Notes: generated from the letters alone by a model not told the origin. A stretch of DNA of 64,000 nucleotides from an uncultured Gemmatimonadaceae bacterium (GCA_963822945.1 CAWGJO010000020.1:256001-320000), one strand, 5' to 3'. Shown: positions 9,985-20,284, counted from the stretch's first letter. Translations and numbers: made by a program.

Positions 9985-11139
9985 CTACGACGCCGCCATC
10001 ACCTCGAGGGCCCGCGCCACGTCGCCGTCGGTGGTGAACCCGTGGATGGCGAGCCGCATGGCGCCCTCGCGCTGCGAGTGGGCGATGCCGGCCGCCTTGA
10101 GCCGCTGGCTCGTGGCTTCGGGATCGGGCGGCGCCACGCAGACGATCCCCGCCCGCCGCGCCGCGTCGGCCGGCGTCACGAGCCGCATGTCGTCACGCCC
10201 CTGGGCCCACGCCACCACCACGTCGGCCAGCCGTTCCACGTGCGCCGCCACCGCGGCCGGCCCCAGCTCGCGCAACAGCTCCAGGCTGGTGTTCATGCCC
10301 GCGAAGTCCTGGAACGGCACCGTGATGAATTCGAATCGGCGCGCGTCGTCGCGCCAGGTCATGTCGTAGTCGAGCAACTTGCGAAAGTCGTCGGATCCCT
10401 TGACCGCCATCCAACTCACGAACGGAGGGTCGAGGGTGCGGATGAGGTCTTCCCGCACGTACGTGAACCCGGCGCCCCAGGGCGAGAGCAGCCACTTCTG
10501 CGCGCCGCAGCTCAGGATGGCCGGCTGCACCGCCCGCACGTCGAGCGTCAGCGGGCCGAGTCCCTGGATGGCGTCCACCACCAGGTGCACGTTCCGGGCG
10601 CGGCAGCGGCGCCCCAGTTCGACGAGGTTCACGCGGTAGCCGGTGGCGAATCCCACCCAGCTCACCGCCACGATCTTCACGGCCGGATCGTCCACGGCGG
10701 CCAACAGTGCCGCCTCGTCGGGCAGTCCGTCGCGCAGCGGCACCACACGCACCGTGGCCCCGCGGCGCGGCGCGAGTTCGAGCCATGGGTACATGTTCGC
10801 CGGGAACTCGCCGTCGGGCACGACCACCACGTCGCCGGGCCCCAGCGGGAGCGCCGCGGCCGCCACGTTGATGCCGTAGCTGGTGTTCACCGACAGCGCG
10901 ATCTCGGTGGGGCTGGCGTTGATCAACTCCGCTACGAGCCGGCGCGAATGCGCGAGCGTGTCGAACAGCAGCTCGTCGGGCATCCGATGCGGCATGTGCC
11001 GGAGATCGGTGAACGCGGCCACGGCGTCCACGGTGCGCCGCGGCAGCGGTCCGGTGGACGCGCTGTTGAGGAACACCGCCGTGGCAGAATCCATCCAGGG
11101 GAACTCGCGCGCGCGAAGCGCGTCCACGTCGTAGCTCAT
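9985..11139 (-). CDS. Class V PLP-dependent aminotransferase (cysteine desulfurase-like fold)
   Basis: FLNSASTGP, NTSYGIN, VVDAIQGLG, CGAQKWLLSPWG; ATG overlaps upstream stop. Confidence 0.88.
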   Translation of the reverse strand: MSYDVDALRAREFPWMDSATAVFLNSASTGPLPRRTVDAVAAFTDLRHMPHRMPDELLFDTLAHSRRLVAELINASPTEIALSVNTSYGINVAAAALPLGPGDVVVVPDGEFPANMYPWLELAPRRGATVRVVPLRDGLPDEAALLAAVDDPAVKIVAVSWVGFATGYRVNLVELGRRCRARNVHLVVDAIQGLGPLTLDVRAVQPAILSCGAQKWLLSPWGAGFTYVREDLIRTLDPPFVSWMAVKGSDDFRKLLDYDMTWRDDARRFEFITVPFQDFAGMNTSLELLRELGPAAVAAHVERLADVVVAWAQGRDDMRLVTPADAARRAGIVCVAPPDPEATSQRLKAAGIAHSQREGAMRLAIHGFTTDGDVARALEVMAAS

Positions 11140-12008
11140 GTCTGTGGAGCCTCGGGAACGGAACGCGCCTTTCCGGCGCTCCGCGGGTCGAGGGCGTCGC
11201 GGAGCGCGTCGCCCAACAGGTTGAAGGCCAGCACGGTGATACCGATGGCGAGGCCGGGCGCCACCGACGTCCACGGCGCCGATCGCAACTGCGACAGGTC
11301 GCGGGCATCGGCGATCATCGCGCCCCAACTGGGCGTCGGCGGCTGGACGCCGAGCCCCAGGAACGACAGCGAGGACTCGGCCATGATCGCGGCCGCGATG
11401 CCCAGCGTGGCCGCGATCACCACCGGGGCGATCACGCTCGGCAGCACATGGCGCAGCATGACCCGGCCGTCGCGCGCGCCGAGCGCCCGCGAGGCCTGCA
11501 CGAACTCCAGTTCGCGCACCACCAGCACCTGGCCGCGGACCAGCCGGGCCATGGCCGCCCAGCCGACGAAGCCGATGGTGAGGAAGACGATCGTGAGCGA
11601 CGGCTGCAGAGCGGCCACCAGTGCGATGAGCAGCAGCAGCGTCGGAAAGGCGAGCGTGACGTCGGCCAGCCGCATGACGGCCTCGTCCACCCAGCGTCCG
11701 TAGTACCCGGCCACGAGCCCCAGCGCGAGCCCGAGCGTGAGCGCGATGGCCTGCGAGAACACGCCCACCGAGAGCGAGACCCGCGCCCCGTACACCAGCC
11801 GCGCCCACACGTCGCGTCCCTGCACGTCGGTCCCGAGCCAGTGGGCGCCGCTCGGCGGCAGCAGTTGAGCGCGCAGATTGATGGCCAGCGGATCGTGACG
11901 GGCCACGATCGGCGCGCCGATCGCCGCGATCGCAATCAGTACGATGACGGCCACGGAGAACCAGGCCCGCGCGTCGTGGCGGAGCGAAACGCCGGCGCGC
12001 GACGTCAC
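11136..12008 (-). CDS. Peptide/nickel ABC transporter permease (DppC/OppC type)
   Basis: HWLGTDVQGRDVWARLVYGARVSL, EFVQASRALGA (EAA loop), AESSLSFLGLG, FNLLGDALRDALDP. Confidence 0.93.
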   Translation of the reverse strand: MTSRAGVSLRHDARAWFSVAVIVLIAIAAIGAPIVARHDPLAINLRAQLLPPSGAHWLGTDVQGRDVWARLVYGARVSLSVGVFSQAIALTLGLALGLVAGYYGRWVDEAVMRLADVTLAFPTLLLLIALVAALQPSLTIVFLTIGFVGWAAMARLVRGQVLVVRELEFVQASRALGARDGRVMLRHVLPSVIAPVVIAATLGIAAAIMAESSLSFLGLGVQPPTPSWGAMIADARDLSQLRSAPWTSVAPGLAIGITVLAFNLLGDALRDALDPRSAGKARSVPEAPQT

Positions 12009-12946
12009 GAGGGGTCTCCGAGCTCCGGCGGCGTACCCGGCTGCTGGTGCTTCCACCGCCGGTGGTGCCAGAAGTACTGCTCCGGCACGCGGCGCACCCA
12101 GCGTTCGAGCACCATGCTGTACGCGGCGACCATGGCGTCGACGTCGGCCTCGCGGTCGCCCGTGCGCACCGTCTCGACGGCTTCGAAGCTGAGCACGAAC
12201 CGTCCGCTCGGCTGCCGAATGGCCGCACCGAACACCATGGGCGAGTCGAGGCGGAGCGCGAACACCGCCGGACCGCGCGGCGTCTTGGCGAGCCGGCCGA
12301 AGAAGGGCACCCAGGTGGAGGCGAGCCCCACCGCGCCCTGATCGAAGAGGAACGCCACGGCGCGCCCGCTGCGGAGCGATCGCGGCACCACGCGCACCGC
12401 GTCGGCGTCGTGCACCACCTGCATGCCGATGCGCCGCCGTGTGCGCGTGAGGTAGCCGTCGAACAGCGGATTCTCCATCCCGCGGGCCACGACGTCGAGC
12501 GGCACCCCGCGGGCAGCGATGTAGGAACCGCCGAGCTCCCAGTTGCCGATGTGCCCGGTGAGCAGGATGACGCCCCGTCCCATGGCCCGCGCGCGCTCGA
12601 AGGTCTCCCAGTTCTCGACGCGTTCGAACAGGTCGAGTACCTGGTCGCGGGAGTACGAGGGGAGAACGGAGGTCTCGATGAACGTGCGCCCCAGGCTGTC
12701 GTAGCTGGCGCGCGCCACGTCGGCCACGCGCTCTGGGGCCCAGTCGGGGAAGGCGGCGCGCAGTTGGCGTTCGACGACGGCGCGCCGGATGCCCACCGGC
12801 GCGTAGCCGAGTCGGCCCAGCCACCCGCCCACGGCGCTCGCGCCGTGGAAGCCGAGCATCCGCAGGACCCCCACGCCGCCCCGCAGCGCCGCGTACTGCA
12901 CGCGGTGCGACGCCGTGATGCGGTGGGGCCGCCCACCGGCGCTCAT
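12005..12946 (-). CDS. Lipid A late acyltransferase (LpxL/HtrB family)
   Basis: GHIGNWE catalytic motif, FLFDQ, VPFFG, PEQYFWHHRRWK; directly downstream of msbA-like gene. Confidence 0.9.
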   Translation of the reverse strand: MSAGGRPHRITASHRVQYAALRGGVGVLRMLGFHGASAVGGWLGRLGYAPVGIRRAVVERQLRAAFPDWAPERVADVARASYDSLGRTFIETSVLPSYSRDQVLDLFERVENWETFERARAMGRGVILLTGHIGNWELGGSYIAARGVPLDVVARGMENPLFDGYLTRTRRRIGMQVVHDADAVRVVPRSLRSGRAVAFLFDQGAVGLASTWVPFFGRLAKTPRGPAVFALRLDSPMVFGAAIRQPSGRFVLSFEAVETVRTGDREADVDAMVAAYSMVLERWVRRVPEQYFWHHRRWKHQQPGTPPELGDPS

Positions 12947-14820
12947 GCGTCGGCGCTGGGCGGCGCCGAGTCCGCGGTCGACGCCCTGTCGGCGGCGGGC
13001 ACCAGCGCCGGCTCGTCGCGGAACTGCATGGAGTGCAGCCGGTGGTACGCCCCGCGCAGATCGAGCAGTTCCTGATGCGTGCCCCGCTCCACGATCCGCC
13101 CGCGATCGAGCACGAGGATCTGGCTGGCGTGCGTGATCGTGGACAACCGGTGCGCGATCACGAACACCGTGCGTCCGGCCAGGAGGCGATCGATCGCCTC
13201 CTGCACGAGCCGCTCCGATTCGGTATCGAGCGCGGACGTGGCTTCGTCGAGAATGAGAATCGGCGGATCGGTGAGCAGGGCGCGGGCGATCGCGATGCGT
13301 TGCCGCTGGCCTCCCGAGAGGCGGGTGCCGCGCTCGCCGAGCACGGTGTCGTAGCCCTCGGGCAGCTCGGCGATGAAGCCGTGCGCGTTGGCCGCGCGGG
13401 CGGCGGCCTCCACCTGGGCGTCGGTGTACTGGCCGCTGGCACCGTAGGCGATGTTGCGGCGCACCGTATCGTTGAACAACACGGTATCCTGACTCACGAT
13501 CCCGGTGAGCGCGCGCAGCGACGGGAGCGTGATCTCGCGCGTATCGACGCCGTCGAGCAGAATGCGCCCGCCGGTCGGTTCGTAAAAGCGGGGGATCAGG
13601 TCGACGAGCGTACTCTTCCCCGCCCCGCTCGCGCCCACCAGGGCGACCACCTCGCCCTTGCGGGCAACGAAGCCGACGTCGCTGAGCACGGGCTCGTCGT
13701 CGTATGCAAAGGTGACCGCCTCGAACTCGATGTGATCGCGGAATTCGCTCACGTGTGTGCGGCCGCGGTCGGTGGCGGCCTCGGTGGGCTGATCGAGCAC
13801 GCCGAACAGCCGCTCGGCCGCTGCCATGGACTGCTGCGCCGTGGTCGGCATCTGCGAGAGTTGCTTGAGCGGCGGCAACAGCCGCATGACCAGAATCATG
13901 AACGTGATGAGCGTGGCGCCGTCGAGGGCCGGAACCGTCGCCGGCGTCAGCACCTCGCGGGCCCCGATCCACAGGATGACCACCGCCACGCCGGTGCCGA
14001 TGACTTCGGTGAGCGGCTGGGAGAGCACGGCCATACGCGCCACGCGCACCATGCCGCCCGAATATCGGTGGTTGGCGTCGGTGAAGCGCCCGTCCTCGTA
14101 CGGCTCGGCGCCGAACGACTTCACCAGGCGGATGCCGCTCACCACCTCCTGCAGCACGCTCGTGATCTCGCCGTAGTCGTTGCGCAGGCGGCGGTAGGCC
14201 CGGCGCAGCTTCCGCAGAATCGGCTGCAGGGCCAGCGTGAGCAGCGGCGCAACGATGAGCGACAGCACCGTGAGCTTCACGGAGATCGTGAGCAGCACGA
14301 AGACGGTGGCCACGATCTGTGCCGCGTTCTGGATGCTCTTGGTGACCATCTCCGTGACCAGCGCCTTCGTCTGCTCCGTGTCGGAGAGCACCTTGGAGAT
14401 CACCTGTCCGGTCTTGGTGCGCTGGAAATAGCCGAGCGGCAGACGCTGGAGGTGAGTGAAGACGCTGTCGCGAAGGTCCCGCGTGACGAGCTCCTGCAGC
14501 GAGGCCCCAAGCTGGCCGCCCATCCACACGAAGACGTTCTTGACGGCGACGATGATCACGATGACGACGATCATCGCCTCGAGCGACTGCAGGGGATGCA
14601 GCGGATCGAGGAACGCGCCCACCAGCCGGTCCTGGATCGCCTTGATCACCCCAGATGGGGGTGTCAGGGTGGACTGGTGGAACAGCGAGTTGAGAAACGG
14701 AATGAGGAGCGTGAACGAGAACGCGTCGAGCACCGCCGCGATCACGCTGCTGCCGATGGTCCCCGCCATGCGCCACCAGTGCGGGCGCAGGTAGCTCAGT
14801 AACCGGCGGTATTGGTTCAT
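12943..14820 (-). CDS. msbA: ABC exporter, MsbA-like (TMD plus NBD)
   Basis: Multiple TM segments, Walker [29 protein letters not shown]; adjacent to lipid A acyltransferase. Confidence 0.8.
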   Translation of the reverse strand: MNQYRRLLSYLRPHWWRMAGTIGSSVIAAVLDAFSFTLLIPFLNSLFHQSTLTPPSGVIKAIQDRLVGAFLDPLHPLQSLEAMIVVIVIIVAVKNVFVWMGGQLGASLQELVTRDLRDSVFTHLQRLPLGYFQRTKTGQVISKVLSDTEQTKALVTEMVTKSIQNAAQIVATVFVLLTISVKLTVLSLIVAPLLTLALQPILRKLRRAYRRLRNDYGEITSVLQEVVSGIRLVKSFGAEPYEDGRFTDANHRYSGGMVRVARMAVLSQPLTEVIGTGVAVVILWIGAREVLTPATVPALDGATLITFMILVMRLLPPLKQLSQMPTTAQQSMAAAERLFGVLDQPTEAATDRGRTHVSEFRDHIEFEAVTFAYDDEPVLSDVGFVARKGEVVALVGASGAGKSTLVDLIPRFYEPTGGRILLDGVDTREITLPSLRALTGIVSQDTVLFNDTVRRNIAYGASGQYTDAQVEAAARAANAHGFIAELPEGYDTVLGERGTRLSGGQRQRIAIARALLTDPPILILDEATSALDTESERLVQEAIDRLLAGRTVFVIAHRLSTITHASQILVLDRGRIVERGTHQELLDLRGAYHRLHSMQFRDEPALVPAADRASTADSAPPSADA

Positions 14821-14999
14821 CAGCGGCGCGGCAGGGGGCGCACGACGTCGAACATGCGACCGCGCGCCCACCCGGCCGCGTCGCTCGCACGGCTCGTCCT
14901 CTCCTCCCGGAACCCGTTGTTACGCAGATACATGCGGGGGGTATCGGAAGCCTCCGCCTCGTCGTCCATCCTGAGGACGGAACTCGCCAGGTGCGCCAT
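14820..14999 (-). CDS. Candidate 59-aa small ORF upstream of msbA
   Basis: MAHLASSVLRMDD...RPLPRR; TACATT 8 nt before ATG; its TGA overlaps the msbA ATG. Confidence 0.4.
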   Translation of the reverse strand: MAHLASSVLRMDDEAEASDTPRMYLRNNGFREERTSRASDAAGWARGRMFDVVRPLPRR

Positions 15000-15089
15000 G
15001 TGTCCAGAATGTAGTCCTCCGAAAAACACCGAGCAACGGACTCCGCCTCGTCGCTGGCGATCGAGGCTCGCGCGCTCCAGATTGCCCGC

Positions 15090-15491
15090 GTGCCCGCCCC
15101 ACTTCCCCCGTACGCGGTCGTCCCGCCCGTCTTCCCCTTCCCGGCACTCGCCGCCGGCGCCGGACACGCGCCGCTCGGCGGCAACCGTGAAGTGCTGCTC
15201 GCCTGTTTCGTCGGCGCGCGCCTGGCACACGATGCCCTCGACACGGAGGCCGGCCCGGTGCCGCCGTCGCTGCGACGCACGCGCGCCCGCGGCGCACGCA
15301 CGTGGCTGGGCTCGCTGGCCGTTCCGACCGGAGTGCGGGGGCCGGTGGGCAAGCTCATCGACGCATCGGCCGCCGACGATTCGAGGGCGCTTCACCATGC
15401 CCTGCTCGCGGTGATCGCTGTCACGGCGGCGTACGTCGATTCCGCGTCACGTTCAGACCTCGAACGCCTGGCGCAAACTCTTGCCCCATAA
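15090..15491 (+). CDS. Hypothetical protein, 133 aa
   Basis: Fills gap before DnaB-like gene; protein-like helical composition; CAGATT 6 nt before GTG. Confidence 0.6.
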   Translation: MPAPLPPYAVVPPVFPFPALAAGAGHAPLGGNREVLLACFVGARLAHDALDTEAGPVPPSLRRTRARGARTWLGSLAVPTGVRGPVGKLIDASAADDSRALHHALLAVIAVTAAYVDSASRSDLERLAQTLAP

Positions 15492-15537
15492 GGCGATTCT
15501 GCTTGCCGGCCCCCGCCGGTGCCCCACAATATCCGCC

Positions 15538-16389
15538 ATGGTCAGAAGCACCGACATCTCACCGATTTCCCAACTGCTCTCGCGCGTGGATGCGATAGCC
15601 GACGGCGCCCCCGCGCTCGACACCATTTCGAGCGGATTCCAGAGCGTCGATCAGATGCTCGGCGGCGGCCTGCGCCGCGGCGATCTGCTCGTGCTCGGCG
15701 GCGACGTCGGGAGCGGGAAGTCGGCGCTCGCCCTCGCCGTCGCGCTGCGCGTGGGCCGCGAGCGGGTGAATGCTGCGTTCTACTCCGGCGAGATGATGCC
15801 CGAGCGGGTGATGGAGCGCGCCCTGGCCATTGAGGGACGCGTCCGCGTCGACGACCTGCGCCAGGGATCGCTGGACGATCGGGCGCGCGCCGCCGTGGGA
15901 GCCGCCGCCGTCCGGTTGCGCGATACGATGCCGCGCATCGAGCGCATGCCCCGGGGCGGCGTTGCGGCCCTCGGCGCCGAACTGGAGTCGCAACCGGACG
16001 TCGAACTGCTGGTCGTCGACTCCCTGGAATCGCTGGTCGAGGGCACGCGCCCTCGTGACGAGGAGCTGGCCCAGGCCGTGGTGGACCTCAAGATGCTCGC
16101 CCTCCGCCGCAGCATCGCCGTGCTGACCACCACGCAGCTCCCCGGCCTCGCGCCGCGCGAGGACCGCCGGCCCCATCTCGACGACTTCGGTGCGCTGGGC
16201 GCCGTCAAACACCACGCCGACGTGATCCTGGCGCTCTATCGCGAGGCGATGTACGAGCCGGAACGCGAGATCGAAGGCGCCACGGAATTGCTCGTGCGCA
16301 AGAACCGCAACGGCGCTACGGGATACATCGACCTGTACTTCTACGCGCAGTGGATGCGGTTCGAAGACATGCTCGACCCCGACCGCTAG
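15538..16389 (+). CDS. DnaB-like helicase, C-terminal ATPase domain only
   Basis: SGFQSVDQMLGGGLRRGDL, Walker A GDVGSGKS, FYSGEM, LLVVDSL, TQL, RPHLDDF, ADVILALYR, KNRNGATG; no N-terminal domain. Confidence 0.88.
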   Translation: MVRSTDISPISQLLSRVDAIADGAPALDTISSGFQSVDQMLGGGLRRGDLLVLGGDVGSGKSALALAVALRVGRERVNAAFYSGEMMPERVMERALAIEGRVRVDDLRQGSLDDRARAAVGAAAVRLRDTMPRIERMPRGGVAALGAELESQPDVELLVVDSLESLVEGTRPRDEELAQAVVDLKMLALRRSIAVLTTTQLPGLAPREDRRPHLDDFGALGAVKHHADVILALYREAMYEPEREIEGATELLVRKNRNGATGYIDLYFYAQWMRFEDMLDPDR

Positions 16390-16400
16390 GAGAGCGCCCC

Positions 16401-17768
16401 ATGCGCATGCGCCGCCCACTGTTGACGTTCGGGCTCGCCGTCCTGCTCGGCGGCTGCGCCACCGCGGGCACCCTCGGCCCCGACGCGGTCGCGCACCTGG
16501 AACAGACGCGTGCCCAGGATCCGCAGAGCGCGTCGGCCAACCGGGCGCTCGGGATCGCGTACTACAAGCTCGGCCGGTACGCCGAGGCCCGTCAGGCCCT
16601 GCAGCGCGCCGCCGCCCTCGACTCGACCGACGGCACCACGCAGCTGTTCCTCGGCATGACGGCCGAGGCGCAGAACGACCTGCCGGCGGCACGGAGGGCC
16701 TACGCGTCGTACGTGCAGCACGGCCACACGTCGCGCGTCCGCCACCTGCTCGAAGAGCGGCTGGCCGCGCTCAGCCGCCGGGAACTCGTACTCGCCGCCA
16801 AGCAGGAGGTGGCCGACGAGGCCGCGCTGTCGTCAACGCCCGGCACGCCGAACACCGTGGCCGTGCTGCCGCTGAGCTTCTCCGGCAGCGACACCACCCT
16901 CCGGCCACTGGGCCGCGGGCTCGCCGAGCTGCTCACCACCGACCTTGCCCAGTCGCCGGCGCTCACCGTGGTGGAGCGCGTGCGCGTGCAGGCGCTGCTC
17001 CGGGAGATCAGGCTGCAACAGTCGGGCGCCACCGATCAGACCACGGGAGTCCGCGCCGGAAGAATTCTCCAGGCCGGACGACTCGTGGCCGGCGGCATCA
17101 CGCAGAGCGGATCGGACATCCGCGTGGACGCTCCGATCGTGAACGTGAGCAACGATCGAGTCGTGGGCTCGCCGAGCGACACGCGGACGCTCGACCAGAT
17201 CTTCACGATCGAAAAGAACGTCGCGTTCGGCATCTTCAAGACGCTCGGCGTCACGTTGACCACCGCGCAGCGCGACGCCATCGAGCAGCGGCCGACGAAG
17301 TCGTTGGCGGCGTTCCTGGCCTACAGCCAGGGACTGACGTTCGAGGACGAGGGCCGGTTCGACGAGGCGGCGCGGGCGTTTCAGCGGGCGGTCCAAATCG
17401 ACCCCGCATTCAACGCGGCGAAGCAGCAGGAACGGCAGACGTCCTCCGCATCGGCGGGGGACAACGTGACGCCCGTGACCATGGAGACGGCACTCCGGGG
17501 CACCGCCGAAGGCCGCATCATGCAGGGCGCCACCCGCGGGGTGGCGGTGGCAGGCGTTTCCAGCCGCGGGCTCGGGAACACGGCCCTGCTGGTGGCCGGT
17601 GGGCTCAACCCGCCCGCGGCCGGCGTGGCCGCGCTCGGAGGGGGCGTCACGAACACCACCCGCACGTCCGACCCGCGCAACCCGGGCGCCGCCGTCTCCG
17701 GCGGCGACAACATCACGAGAAGCATGACCGCGCTGGTGACGATTCTCGTGCTGATTCCACGACTGTGA
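16401..17768 (+). CDS. TPR lipoprotein with CsgG/TolB-N-like domain
   Basis: Lipobox LLGGC; N-terminal TPRs (LGIAYYKLGRYAEA); TVAVLPL...GLAELLTTDLAQ...VVER; later TPR (GRFDEAARAFQRAVQIDP). Confidence 0.75.
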   Translation: MRMRRPLLTFGLAVLLGGCATAGTLGPDAVAHLEQTRAQDPQSASANRALGIAYYKLGRYAEARQALQRAAALDSTDGTTQLFLGMTAEAQNDLPAARRAYASYVQHGHTSRVRHLLEERLAALSRRELVLAAKQEVADEAALSSTPGTPNTVAVLPLSFSGSDTTLRPLGRGLAELLTTDLAQSPALTVVERVRVQALLREIRLQQSGATDQTTGVRAGRILQAGRLVAGGITQSGSDIRVDAPIVNVSNDRVVGSPSDTRTLDQIFTIEKNVAFGIFKTLGVTLTTAQRDAIEQRPTKSLAAFLAYSQGLTFEDEGRFDEAARAFQRAVQIDPAFNAAKQQERQTSSASAGDNVTPVTMETALRGTAEGRIMQGATRGVAVAGVSSRGLGNTALLVAGGLNPPAAGVAALGGGVTNTTRTSDPRNPGAAVSGGDNITRSMTALVTILVLIPRL

Positions 17769-18871
17769 CGACGCCGCGCACGCACTTCCTGCTGCCGCTG
17801 CTCCTGCTCGGCGTCGCCGGACCGCTGGCCGCGCAGGGCGTGTGGGACACGAGCGCACGCCTGGGGCCCCAGATCGTGCAGTACGAACTCAAGGCGCCGA
17901 TCAACGAGAAGATCACGGAATTCGCGGTGCCGATCTACGTGCTGGTGCCGTTCACCGACGCGTTCAGTGTCGACGTCGGCACGGCCTGGACGAGCGCGCA
18001 GGTCACGGCCCGCGATGCCAACGGAACCTCCGTGAGCCGGCTTTCGGGACTCACGGATACGCAGATCCGCGCCAACTACGTGATCGGCACGGACTTCATC
18101 GTGCTCACGGCCGGCGTGAACCTCCCCACCGGGCAGACGAAGGTCACATCCGATCAACTGCCCGCCGCGACGCGCATCGCAAGCGATTTCCTGCTCTTTC
18201 CGATCAACGGATTCGGCGCCGGCGCCGGCGGTACGGGCGGGATTGCCGTGGCACGACCGCTCGGCGACTGGAACGTCGGGTTCGGCCTCGCCGTCCGGCA
18301 CTCGCTGGCCTACGACGCCTTCCAGGATCCCAACGGCAACCGGTTCCGCTTCGAGCCGGGCAACGAGTACCGCGGGCGCGTCGGGGTGGACCGGCCGTAC
18401 GGCACGGGGCGCATCTCGCTCGGCCTCACCTATTCGAAGTTCGGACGCGACCAGGCCGGCGGCTCGGTGTACAACACGGGCGACCGGCTGGTGACCCAGG
18501 CGTCGATCACGAACTCCGTGAACGGAGTGGACCTCACGGTGGCGGGGTGGGACCTGTTCCGCGCTTCGGGAATGCTGCTGGACTCGGCGGCCACCGGTCG
18601 CGAGAACATCACCGACCTCGGATTCGCGGCGGGCTTCCACACCGCGCCGCGCCTGGTGCTGGAGCCGAGCGTCGAGGGGCGCGTGTGGACGCAGGACGCG
18701 CAGCCGAGCAGCTACATGGCCACCGTCGGCCTCCGGCTGCGTGTCGATCTCGACGGCTACGCCGTCACGCCGTCCGCCGGGTACACGATGGGCCGGGTGG
18801 GCGGACCGGCGGGGACCGCCGGCCTCACCGGCTTTCACGCCGCGCTCGCCATCCGCGTCGGCGGCTACTAG
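17765..18871 (+). CDS. Putative outer-membrane beta-barrel protein
   Basis: Signal peptide, alternating amphipathic strands, terminal aromatic residue (RVGGY); overlaps upstream stop. Confidence 0.65.
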   Translation: MTTPRTHFLLPLLLLGVAGPLAAQGVWDTSARLGPQIVQYELKAPINEKITEFAVPIYVLVPFTDAFSVDVGTAWTSAQVTARDANGTSVSRLSGLTDTQIRANYVIGTDFIVLTAGVNLPTGQTKVTSDQLPAATRIASDFLLFPINGFGAGAGGTGGIAVARPLGDWNVGFGLAVRHSLAYDAFQDPNGNRFRFEPGNEYRGRVGVDRPYGTGRISLGLTYSKFGRDQAGGSVYNTGDRLVTQASITNSVNGVDLTVAGWDLFRASGMLLDSAATGRENITDLGFAAGFHTAPRLVLEPSVEGRVWTQDAQPSSYMATVGLRLRVDLDGYAVTPSAGYTMGRVGGPAGTAGLTGFHAALAIRVGGY

Positions 18872-19025
18872 CCGGCGGGCGGCGCAAACGGCGCTCGCCG
18901 GCGCCGTTGCGACTCACGCGCCGGCGCCCTCCGACTCGCCCGGTCGCCACGTTGGCCGCCTCCGCGGGCCGGGCTATATTGGCAGTCAGCGCCTCATCCC
19001 GTTCCATCCGATCCGCGAGTTGCCG

Positions 19026-19775
19026 ATGGCAGGCCACAGTAAATGGAAGCAGATCAAGCACTACAAGGCGGCCACCGACGCCAAGCGCGGCGCGCTGTTC
19101 ACCAAGCTCATCCGCGAGATCACCGTCGCCGCCAAGCAGGGAGGCGGTGACCCGGGGGGCAACGCCCGGCTGCGCACGGCCATCGAGACCGCGCGGCAGA
19201 ACTCCATGCCCAAGGAGAACATCGAACGCGCCGTCAAGAAGGGCACGGGCGAACTCGAAGGCGTGGACTATCAGGAGCTGATGTACGAGGGGTACGGCCC
19301 CGGGGGCGTGGCGATCATGATCTCGGCCCTCACCGACAATGCCACCCGCACCATCGCCGACATCCGGCACACCATGTCGCGCGGCGGCGGCAACATCGGC
19401 ACGCAGAACTCGGTGGCCTGGATGTTCGACAAGAAGGCGCAGTTGAGCATCGACGCCACGAAGTACGGCGAGGAGAAGGCGCTCGAGGCGGCGCTCGAGG
19501 CCGGCGCCGAGGACATGGTGCGCGACGGCGACGTGTTCGTGGTGACCATGGACCCCGCCTCGTTTCACGCCGTCAAGGAAGCGATCGAAGCCCGTGACAT
19601 CGAAGTGGCCGATGCGGAATCCCTCGTCATGATCCCGCAGAACACCGTGAAGGTCGAAGGGAAGCCGGCCGAGCAGTTGCTCAAGCTGCTCGAGGACCTG
19701 GAAGACATGGACGACGTGCAGAAGGTGTGGGCCAACTTCGACATCGACGTCGCCGACATGGCGAACTCCGGATAG
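19026..19775 (+). CDS. yebC: YebC/PmpR family protein
   Basis: MAGHSKWKQIKH, YEGYGPGGVA, LEDMDDVQKVWAN; usual position before ruvC. Confidence 0.96.
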   Translation: MAGHSKWKQIKHYKAATDAKRGALFTKLIREITVAAKQGGGDPGGNARLRTAIETARQNSMPKENIERAVKKGTGELEGVDYQELMYEGYGPGGVAIMISALTDNATRTIADIRHTMSRGGGNIGTQNSVAWMFDKKAQLSIDATKYGEEKALEAALEAGAEDMVRDGDVFVVTMDPASFHAVKEAIEARDIEVADAESLVMIPQNTVKVEGKPAEQLLKLLEDLEDMDDVQKVWANFDIDVADMANSG

Positions 19776-20284
19776 TGCTCGTCCTCGGCGTCGACCCCGG
19801 CACGGCACAGACCGGCTACGGGGTCGTGCGCGGCGACGGCACCCGCCCCCCGACGCTCGTCGAGTGCGGGGTGATCCGCACCAGGGCCCGCGACCCGCTG
19901 CCGGTGCGCCTGCGCGACATCTACGACGGCATCGGTGAGCTGCTCGACCGCCACCGCCCCGACGCGATGGCCGTGGAAGACGTGTTCTACGCGCGGAACG
20001 TGCGCACCACGATCGTGCTGGGGCACGCGCGCGGCGTCGTGCTACTGGCCGGTGAGCAACGCGGGGTGACGATGCACGAGTACCCGCCGGCCGAGATCAA
20101 GAAGGCGATCGTGGGGCGCGGCGCCGCCACCAAGGAGCAGGTGCAGTTCATGGTCACCCGCCTGCTGCGGCTGAAGACGGCGCCCCAGCCCGCCGACGCC
20201 GCGGACGGCGTCGCGGCGGCCCTGTCGTGCATCATGGGCGCCCGCGTGCCCACCCTCCACGTGATACCCGGCGGGCCCGCATGA
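19775..20284 (+). CDS. ruvC: Holliday junction resolvase RuvC
   Basis: VLGVDPG, AVEDVFY, LGHARGV, IKKAIVGRGAATKEQV, DAADGVAAA. Confidence 0.96.
   Translation: MLVLGVDPGTAQTGYGVVRGDGTRPPTLVECGVIRTRARDPLPVRLRDIYDGIGELLDRHRPDAMAVEDVFYARNVRTTIVLGHARGVVLLAGEQRGVTMHEYPPAEIKKAIVGRGAATKEQVQFMVTRLLRLKTAPQPADAADGVAAALSCIMGARVPTLHVIPGGPA

Noticed and set aside
15090..18871. Prophage or plasmid replication module around the DnaB-like gene
   Set aside because: No integrase, primase, structural genes, att sites or composition shift; flanks are housekeeping genes
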